From the NCBI GenBank assembly GCA_964035545.1, contig OZ037767.1, positions 1,623,680 through 1,687,679 on the forward strand: 64,000 bases of DNA, in the 5' to 3' direction. The notes under the pieces were generated by a model. It did not search any database. It saw nothing but the letters and a program-made list of their open reading frames with translations, and was not told where the DNA came from. Position 1 is the first letter of the stretch, and every line of letters begins with the position of its first letter. Shown one piece after another: positions 41,401 through 51,672 of this stretch. This DNA comes from Bugula neritina. Its lineage: Eukaryota; Animalia; Bryozoa. The position numbers and the translations under genes were made by a program.

Positions 41401-44400
41401 GACTTAGAAATGAGTGAAATAAAATCCACAATATATAGCCAGTAGCCTTTTATTAAAATTCTAGAGTTATAAATAAAGCAAGTTTTATGTAATCAAAAGA
41501 GGTGTTGAAAATAAACAGCATACGGTTTAGTAGTACAGTGTGTTAGGCACCGGATATGATAGCTTTGTCAATAAACTTTAGAAAATCAACTTAAAAGACA
41601 AAGAAGACTTTAGCTAAAGCAATTCAGCACAAAAATTATCGGCATAAAGTTGGCAAAAACACACAACTTTATGTAAAAATGACTGATAACAAAATAAACC
41701 ATAATTTCAATTGCAAAAATGCAATAACAAAATAAGGTATTATGAATAGAAACCAACAGCATTAAACAAAAATGAAGTCAAAAGATTTCATACAGATTTG
41801 TGTCACAGGGTCTTGTTTTGACAGCTTCATAAGAACAAGTGATGCTTTGCTGAGCTTCGGCATTCTGGATTCTGCAGCCTTTTATTTGTGTCCTGATGAC
41901 GTGACATCCTGTGAGCCACTCGAACAAATAGATCATAAATGTTGGTTTGGCCGGTGGGCAGAGTAAATTCTTCTCGGATGGCAGAGACAAAGTGATTGCG
42001 GTGGGCGGTGCTATCGTACAGAGTCGACATCAAAACAATGCAATTCTTAGCTCTTAGAATCATATGGTTGGAGTCATCTTTCTCAGTTACCAGCACATCT
42101 TCCAACTCTCTGTGTTCCACATCACTTCTGCAGAACGAGGACACCGGAGAGAGAGCTTTCTGGCAGGCTTGCACAATTATGAGCTGAAATATAGACCCAT
42201 TCATGTTCAACGAAATTTTTTATATGTATAGACTTTGGTATGTGTTGAAATTTTCATTCCCATTCAAGACACAAATATCTGAGCATTTAAAACTAAATGA
42301 GAGTGCGACTTACCAAAGGTATCATAGCTGGGATAGCCTTCCTTGTCTCATCAATGATCTCTGCGATTTCACCGCGTGAATTATTTTCACCAATCAAATT
42401 ACCTCCGAATCCATGAGACAGCAGACAGACTGATACTACAGAGCACCGGCTGTGAACCTTGTTAGTTCTCTCCACCAACCAGTTGCGCAAATCTCCAAAG
42501 CATTTCCACTCTTTAAGGTCAACAATGAACCCCTTAGACCGCAACACTGCGGCAAGTGTTTCAGCCTCTCCTAAAGCACCTTTTCTTTGTACAGAAGTAT
42601 AGCAAACAAAAGCGTATTTTCTAGCTTTACTCTGAACAGGTGGAATAATGAAATGATCGCTAACTGAGGACATGACTCCAATCACCGCGGTGGACATGGG
42701 GGTATTGCACAAATTTATAAGTAGCCATCGCTTTACGAGTCTTGGGAACCAAAGACAGAGCTCTTTGACTAGTGCTAAATTGTCAGACTTAACCGCCATG
42801 CTTACGATAGCAGAGACCAGCGAGTTCTGTGTACTCTTACACAGGATGGGGCGTACCAGTGAAGGAACATGGGAGCGGATCAGTTGAACCGACTTGACAT
42901 CCCGAGGAGTCTCACCATACACATTTGTTTGTCTCCTCAGCCTTTTCATGACAGCAGAGTCAATGAGTGAATACAGAGTATTAGCAATGTCCACACTAGG
43001 AGTGAGTGAAGCAGCCAAATGTAGCAAATTCTCCCCATGCTTGTCTGTAACTTGACAGACTGTGTTTTTGTTAGTTTCTGACAAAGATGATATTAAACGC
43101 TCAGTCAATCTGCTATTATTATTGAGAAGAGCATATTGTATGGCATTGAGTCCTTTATTACTTGTGTGACCAATCAATTCGTCAAGAGATTCGCTGTGGA
43201 ACTGGTTAAGAGGAAGCAACTGGAAGACTAGGTTCATGTTATCAGATATCACACACTGCTGCAACACATTGCATCCCTTGCTGTCAGTCACACTAATCAA
43301 ATTGATTTGCTTGCATATATCAGTCAACTTGAGAAGCGGAGTTAGAGGGCAGATGCTATCGAGTGGGAGGGCACACTTCGGAAGCTCAGATAACCAGTTG
43401 GCTGAGTTCTTCCATTCATCAGATAGATTAAACAGAAGCGTGAACAATATATCCATATTGTGACATTCTAATGCGTAATGAAGTGAGTTTTTACCTTGGC
43501 AATCTCGATGGAAAATAAGAGTATCAACTGCGGGTTGATGCAACTTGGCAAGTGTTAGTAGATGGGAGACAAACTCCAGTTTGTTGTCGATAACAGCACG
43601 CTGAAGAGAATTCCTTCCATAGACATCTTCTACTGATACCAAATCAATTTGAGTACAAATCTTTCGCAAGGTCTCATAATTACCTCTTCCATCCTCTGTG
43701 TTACACATCATCAGTTGAAGAATATTGAGCCCAATAAAACTGGTCCTAACGAATGACTTATGGCTTATGATGATAACTAACTTCACTCACTGCTATCAGT
43801 ACTACAGGCTGCGTGAATCTAATTTTCACGTTTCTACCCACCTATTGATAGTAAGACTAGAGATAAACTTAACTAATAACAATATGAACAAAAAATACCA
43901 TCACCTCAGATATCCTACTGTAAAACCCCAATACTGCCCTATGATTTGTATTGCAGAAATACAATTTCACAAGAAAATTGGTGGTAGTACATTGCATTGT
44001 AGAGTATTTTAGCTGAAGTATGTTTGAAGTAGATAGCTGACACAAAACTGTCAACATACAGCTAAACCGACAACTCAGTCTTAACTCTAAAGGTTAGGGA
44101 AAACCCCAGCATTAGTAATTAAATTCCCCAAACTTTTAGTTATTACGCAGTGAAACTGCATTCCATCATCAAGTCAGTAACAACCAACTGTAATTGTTGG
44201 CTGTTGTCCTGGCAACTTCAATGAAAGGAATTTCTAGTTACAGACATAGCAGTGTTATGCTTTACTTGGGCTAGTATTGGTGCATGCATAAGAAACTAAC
44301 TCAAAAACCTTCTTTGTATGTCATAAGATTAATTCTGATAGTTTGGAATACAAGCAGGTTACTTATATTATACATATTTCTTATTTATGAAACACTTGAG

Positions 44401-47400
44401 TCTAAAATCATAACCACAAGTACAGTCTCAAGCACACAACAATGAAACTCAATGATAACTAATAACAAGGCCACACTACAGCAGCAAAGGCCACATGACA
44501 GAGCGTTTCCATTATTCCAAGGTTTAGAAACTTTGAAAACAGCTGACAACTCCCTTAGGAAAACTATTTCAAAGGGCAAACAACTCTACAACTTCAGACT
44601 TTAATTGCATGTTTCTCTATCTAACATAATTGGTGGAGATTTGGTGCATGTCTAATTTCATTGGTTGAAAACTAGGCCATGATCACATTAATGAAAGCTA
44701 TAGACAAAAGTTCTAGTAGTTTCCACACAGTATAAAAGAGTGAGTTGTGTGATATTTCTTTCGACTTCCTTTTGTTACATATTCTCATTAAAACTGGGAC
44801 TATAGACTGAGCACCTAGACTAGGAACAAGGAAAGGGGTATCACATACCTGGTCCTGTACGTTATGAGAGAAGTGTCTGTAAGGACAGCGACTATACACA
44901 CCGAGTGCATTGTGAAGCTCATCTGCTACAGGGTATCGTAACTTCTCCACACTTCTATCACTGCTCACTACAATATCATGTCTACATGAAAAGTGGTAAT
45001 ACAGTAATACAAGCATACAGTAAGGAAGTATAATAACCATAGCACCGTAATACAGTATGATAAAGGCAGCATTATGAAGATATGTTCAAGGGGATATTAT
45101 TTAGTTTATACTAGAGTGATACTGCAAATAAATATTGATTATTTGTTTAAGAGTCGAAACACACTGCGCCAAGATTCAGCTTGAGTCATCCTTAAAGTGA
45201 CAACTAGCTTCAATTTTTCATCACTGGAGCGAGTGAGTGGGGCAAGTGAGTGAACCGAGTTAATAGAGCGAGTTATTAGAGCGAGTTATTAGAGCGAGTT
45301 ATAAGAAAAAGGAAACTCAACACATTACCTGTGACGAGCCACAGTTGGTTGAGGTCATCAAACCAGTGAACCGTATCGGCAGTACCAGCGCTGTAGAATC
45401 CTCCCAGCTTGGCCAGCTGACGCTGTTTCACCTGTAAAAGGTCACCTGTTATATAAGAGTCAGATGGCAGCATTGTTTTGCATATTTGTATAATTTGATG
45501 TGTGTTGATGACTTATACTTTACTACAATATACCACATGACTGAGTAATTCATGATTCATCTATTAATCAATAAATTATATTCATTATATTATACAAATT
45601 ATTACTTTCACTAATTATATTAGATAAATTATAATTAGTATATTGAATAAATTTATTTTGATTATATTGAATAAATTATATTGATTATAATAAATGAATT
45701 TATATAAATTATATTAAATAAATATAACTGAGAGTAGAAGGATAAAGGGTTAAACTAGCATCACAACATTGCTATAAAGTATAAACCAAGATACCTGGAG
45801 AGAATAGAAAACTCCAGGTTGTAACAACTGATAACATACTGATTATAATGTAGCTTACTTTTCCGTAGAGTATTTGATGATTACTGAGAAGTATAGACAA
45901 CTCCCCACTTTTAGTAACAATAACGTCTCTTATTACATTAGGACTCGGGGCCAGTTCTGTGGTATTCTCATAGACGTACTTAATGCCATAACTACTGCTG
46001 TCGTCATAGCTACAGATAAACATACTGCTATCGTCATAGCTACAGATAAACATACTGCTGTCGTCATAGCTGCAGATAAACATACTGCTGTCGTCATAGC
46101 TACAGATAAACATACTGCTGTCGTCATAGCTACAGATATCAGGTTATTCTACACTCACTAACACAATTATTCTAAGTTCTTTTGCTAAACTATCGTAAAG
46201 TTACTTTGCTATAACTGAAATAGTTTTTTTACAGTTAGTCTTAAGCTGTATATGAATAATGCCAGTTCCACATAAGTCATGTACATTGTAGAATGAAATG
46301 GAATTTTCTAGACTATTTTACCGAGAGTATAAAAGCAGATGCCTTGTTTATGTATTTTAGTCTAGTAATAAAAGTTGCATAAACCACACAGCTCAATAAT
46401 CAAAGACTATTATATTACGACAAGTCATCTAATCTCTAAAATTCTGGTAGAGAAAAGCGATATTTTCAGACAACAGATAATCTTAAAAGAACCATCATAC
46501 GGCATTCCAATTTTGTGACAAAAACAAATTTAATAAATATGCATGTTTGTTTGTTTGTTTGTTTGTTAGTGAGTGTAATCACCTGTAGAAGAGGGAGTGC
46601 TGGTTGCGGAAGAAGAAGCCAGTCTGAGCGAGACCGAGAAAGAACAAGCTAATACGTCCAGGATCGTCTTTCTTGAAGTCCACCCAGAAAGGTGAGAAAA
46701 CCCACGTGTCTTTTAGCACGTCGTGAATAGGGAAAATAATCTGCAATAAACATACATAGAGAACATGAAGAACAACTCTGATAAACAAAATGATGGCATC
46801 TTTAATACTACAGCTACAGTCTAAAACTATAAGAGAAGTAGAATGCCATAACATAGTCTATTTAAAGTGATTTGATACCAGATATTTATTCTAGTGACTA
46901 TTGAATATAAGCTGTTGCCTATAATCCCGCCCTCCTTCCTATCTTGTAGGGGCGTGTGTTCACCCTCTATTCACAGGTAGTAAAATACACAACACTTACC
47001 CCCTAGACACACTTTGCTGTATCACAGGCCGCAAAAACAAATATCAGCTATTTTTGAAAATGTCTGCGCTTCCCGTACGACGCTACGGTGCGTCAGGATA
47101 AAGCACTGCTGTGTCGGGCTCCCATTGGACAGAAAGTGAACTTTGAGAATTTCAGCCCAGACACATTAAAAATGGCTGACATGTAACGTTACGGCTATTG
47201 ATACGGTAAAGTGTGTCCAAGGGGTATGTCTCAGCCAATCAATTCTCTTCAGATGTGAATCATTGGGCGTAGACTGAATACCTTGTTTTCTGAGTCTATG
47301 GTGAGTTTGATAGCGAGTCCAAGCCGCCCCGCCTTGATGTCAAAACTAACATCATGGATCTCAAAGGAGTAAGGTTTACCACCAGCCAAATCTGCAATCT

Positions 47401-50275
47401 GCTCCACAGGAAGTAGAATTTGACGAGCTGGTCCGAGGTTGTTAGATAGCCAGAGTTCCTTGCCATCAGTCATGGCTAGAAGGTCAAGGTTACTATCAGT
47501 AAACAAGCCTTCAATCAGCCAATCCTGTGAGGCGATATAAATCGGGCTGAAACCATCTGGTGCTAGAAAAGAACCAAAACTAACAGCGAATATAATATAA
47601 TAGCATCTAAACAAGATGTGAACAGTAATCCTTCATTACACTAATTCATCCGTAAAGAAAACCTCTGTATATTACTACATAAACTAAAAACTGACAATTT
47701 GAAATTTTATGCAATTTTGTGAAAATGTTGTGCAACAGACGCATGATAGTTCAATTAGTGGAGGGATATTTCTATTGCAGATTTAAGAACACCTACCTTG
47801 ATAAAGTTGAAACTGTGAAGAATTGGTGCTAAGATAGTAAATCTTGTTTGTTGTATCCAAGACAACAATGTTGTTGTACATGAGAGCGAGAGAGATAACT
47901 TTAAGGTTAGCGGTCACGCCCTCGGGAGCAGGAAGTAGATATAAAGACGACAAGTGATCTTGAGTGATGTAGAGGCTCCCGTCTACCCCCACTACTGCGA
48001 CATTACTCTGTATGACAAAGTTATTATGTATGACTATTTCATATAATATACTCACACATAATATATTATACTCATACATAACATAGTATAATATATCAAC
48101 ACATAATATATTATCTTCATAAATAATATAATGTACACCCATGTAATATATTACAATGTACAGACACACGACATAATTCAGTTTAGTTTTTATTTAACTT
48201 GAATTTACAAGAGGAAAGTTTACAAGAGCCCTCAAGAAATTCAAACACAAAAAAGAGAAACGTCGACATAAAAGGAGTTTTCCCCACCTGTCCAGCGTCG
48301 GCATATATAAAGAGAGTTGGGTTGGAGCTTTCGATGGTCATGTGATAGCTGGGTGTCTCAGTACTAAGCTGGGTGTACTTTGGCAAAGAGTACGGCTGAA
48401 CCAAGTCCCTAGTGTAAAGAGTATGTAAGATACACAGGCTATGTGACATATAGGGGTGATAGGAACTTCTTCAACTAGAAAAGGTTGACAACTCCAAAGT
48501 AGATTGTATAAATTGTGATAATTTGTGTGCGAGTTCCAGACTAATGCTATAGCATTATCAAAATATTATTTAACTCGCCACTTACTTGATGAAGCAATTA
48601 AACCTGGCCAGAGACTTGCCCGTGACTACGTATTTAGGAACTGTGGTGTTCCAGTGCTCTTGTATGACGCTTAGACTCAGCACCCAGTAGCCTATATCTT
48701 CATCAAAGTGGGACATCACAGCGTCCGTCGTTTCTATGGCGTTACCATTTCTATACTTTATCTGAACAGTGGGCTTCTGACCCAATACATAGTTTTCTAC
48801 TGTCAGCAGACGAGAGTCCTGTAGAGTATACAGGAAGTAGTAGAAGGTTTATATACAAAGAGTAGAAGGTTTATATACATACAGTAGAAGGTTTATATAC
48901 AAAGAGTAGAAGGTTTATATACATACAGTAGAAGGTTTATATACATACAGTAGAAGGTTTATATACAAAGAGTAGAAGGTTTATATACATACAGTAGAAG
49001 GTTTATATACATACAGTAGAAGGTTTATATACATACAGTAGAAGGTTTATATACATAGAGTAGAAGGTTTATATACATAGAGTAGAAGGTTTATATACAT
49101 ACAGTAGAAGGTTTATATACATACAGTAGAAGGTTTATATACATACAGTAAAAGGTTTATATACATACAGTAGAAGGTTTATATACATACAGTAGAAGGT
49201 TCCGTTGCCGATCCATTCAGTTCAGCTGGACTTGCCTTCAGGTTATCATAAACCCAGACGTGGAGCAACTGTTCGTCTCTCTGTGTAAATATTCCATAAA
49301 TTCCAAAATTATTTTGAAACTGATGGCTTTCATTTCATTAAAAATAATAAATAAATGTCTTTTTTTGAGCTTTTTAGTTACACCATTAGAGTGGCGTACT
49401 GTAACTAATATATATAACAATGTACAGCCCACCTTTCATATAAAATACAATAATAAATAGCGGGTACAATATATCACAATGTAATTATATACTCAGCTAT
49501 TTTTATACCGAAGTTTAGCAAAGTAAGGTTCACATACGATGCTGTGAGTATACTCGTCAGTAGAGTTTGGGTTCTTAGCAAGATCTCGTATTGCGATGTA
49601 CCAACTGTAACAGTCGTATGAAGCAGTAAATCGCAGGCGTCTAGATAAGGTGCTCTGATTGGCTACATTCAAGGAGATCTCGTGAGCTCCTTCCTTAGTA
49701 CACTGCAGGTACACTAACTAAAAATAGAATATATGAGAATAATTTCCCATTTCTCCGGGTACTAGTGATTAGAAATTAGAGGCATACAAATTAATTTTGG
49801 TAATGTTTTCATAAAAATAATATCCGTATACTTTGGAAGCTGAAACTCCTTAAAAAGTGGTAATATTTCACATAGAAATCAGCATATTTTTGCTTTGTTT
49901 TCTTTCATCAATAAGTGTAATGAGAAAGTAGAAAATATGGGATGTCACCCAAAAGGAAGTATTGAATAAAAACATTTACTAGCATATTCTTACTACAACT
50001 ATTACTACAACTATTATTATGAGGATTAACAAGTTTGTTACCTTTCCATGCGAACGACTTAGAGTGCAGTTTGGTGCAGACCATTGAAGCTGATCATCGG
50101 TTATGTTGGAGAGCGTAGTAATGACTTCGAGTTTGAGCAAATCGCGAGTTGTAGCTCTCCCACTGTGACGTTGTAAGTTAGTGTAACGCCACAAAACCGA
50201 GTTAGTGCCAGAAAAATTAATAAAAGACAAGCCAACTAACAAACTTACAAAAAATGAACAATTATTCAAGCCCAT
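38438..50275 (-). CDS. CATSPERE: Cation channel sperm-associated auxiliary subunit epsilon, 17 exons, about 983 aa
   Basis: Exons 50042-50275, 49538-49717, 49191-49268, 48586-48818, 48288-48408, 47797-48007, 47282-47562, 46583-46740, 45859-46009, 45329-45431, 44849-44967, 40479-40646, 40029-40214, 39601-39724, 39314-39515, 38870-39088 and 38438-38621 join without stops. Motifs collinear with mammalian CATSPERE as I recall it: signal + LWRY, CYSWY, VWVYD, LGQKP, CFI, CPY, YQLDKGEKLTIW, IGCP, KPVLELYD..DANFIVWDIKGEIDYSF, CLRPAQTW, NYESCFS, YEVLN, YSFCDLTATFAV, and a single C-terminal TM. Confidence 0.88.
41827..43711 (-). CDS. Ankyrin-repeat / caspase (peptidase C14) fusion protein, about 584 aa, nested in CATSPERE intron 11
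   Basis: Exon 42314-43711 (ATG at 43711 or 43708; frame open to 43786), 130-nt GT-AG intron, exon 41827-42183. About 6 ankyrin repeats (DVYGRNSLQRAV, DCQGKNSLHYAL, DSKGCNVLQQCV, NKGLNAIQYAL, DKHGENLLHLAA, NVYGETPRD). Caspase motifs: QRKGALGEAETL, VCLLSHG, IPL|LIIVQACQK, STLYDSTAHRN, QNPECRSSAKHHLFL. Confidence 0.85.
44203..44216. promoter_or_regulatory. RFX X-box-like motif GTTGTCCTGGCAAC
   Basis: Close to the RFX palindrome GTTGCCATGGCAAC; about 490 bp upstream of the ankyrin-caspase ATG. Confidence 0.4.
45994..46138 (-). repeat. 30-bp minisatellite x5 spanning the CATSPERE exon 9 acceptor
   Basis: Minus-strand unit tttatctgtag|ctatgacgacagcagtatg. Confidence 0.95.
46999..47224. mobile_element. 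Short MITE (about 226 bp) in CATSPERE intron 7
   Basis: Imperfect TIRs ccccctagacacactttgctgtatca / tgatacggtaaagtgtgtccaagggg, flanked by TA on both sides. Confidence 0.7.
48839..49201 (-). repeat. 22-bp minisatellite x16 spanning the CATSPERE exon 3 donor
   Basis: agtagaaggtt recurs every 22 bp from 48839 to 49191 (one copy has a single mismatch); the last copy is exonic. Confidence 0.97.
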
Positions 50276-50984
50276 CCTTAAATTTAAAGAGCAAGTTTAG
50301 TAAAACCAACCATCTGTTGCAATAACGTCTGTTGCAATAACGTTAAGCAATAGCGGAGAGTTATGCTTAATGCAAATCACAGTATTTAAACCGTAAAGTA
50401 AATTCATTGTGTAATAAGGAACTTTGATATTTTGTTACGAAATCTTTACAAAACAACTTTAACATGTCTTTCTTTTACGCGATTTGAAACCTTTTCTTTT
50501 ACAAATTAAATATAGAAAATATTTTTGCAGATTCAGGTAAACTTTCTGAAATTAGTATTTAAATTATTCAAAGTTGGCGGGTCTTCACAAGAAAAATAAT
50601 GCAAAAACATCATCTTTTGAAAGAGACGATTTTCCACGGAAAGAGGGAAAATATAACTCATAAATTTCAACGAACTTGCAAATTTAACTTGACTTTTTAT
50701 ATATATTTAAAAACCAATTGCGTATAAAAATTAATAATTGAAGGTATCGACATTAAAACAAAGTTGATCGAAAATAAACCTCGATGGGTAAATAAGAACC
50801 TCGCAATAAAAGCCATTCTTAAGCATAAAAAAATAAGAAAAAGTGATAAAGCTTATACAATACTGGTGTAAGGGGGAGAATAGTGTCACAACTATCGGAC
50901 TCATGCAACCAAAATAGCTGGGAGATGAGTAAGTAACAAGTGTCGCTGTAAGTCGTATAGAATGTAAGTAGTATAGAATGAACA

Positions 50985-51322
50985 TCACTGATACTCGTCT
51001 GAAGATGACTTTCTAGTTGAGAGTTTTCTCTCCTTGAAGTAGTACTGATCATGACAGTTGAGATACAGGAAGGAGGCGTGTGCGTCAGTCAGCTGGTATC
51101 GAGAAGGTAACTCGTAAGCTACCCTATTGTCAGTTATAGTTAGCGCATTCAAGTCATCTAGTGTAGCGGCCCATATCTAAAATAAACGTTTTGAGTGAGA
51201 AATGACCGTATTTGTTTTAGTAATGGTAGTAGTAGTAGCAGTAGTAGTAGTAGTAGTAATAGTACTAGTAGCACTAGTAGTACTAGTAGTAGTAGTAGTA
51301 GCAGTAGTAGTACTAGTAGTAC

Positions 51323-51366
<44 letters not shown>

Positions 51367-51397
51367 CTAGTAGTGCTAGTAGTAGTACTAGTAGTGC

Positions 51398-51453
<56 letters not shown>

Positions 51454-51484
51454 CTAGTAGTGCTAGTAGTAGTACTAGTAGTGC

Positions 51485-51547
<63 letters not shown>

Positions 51548-51589
51548 CAGTAGCAGTAGTAGTAGCAGTAGTAGTAGTAGTAGTAGTAC

Positions 51590-51672
<83 letters not shown>

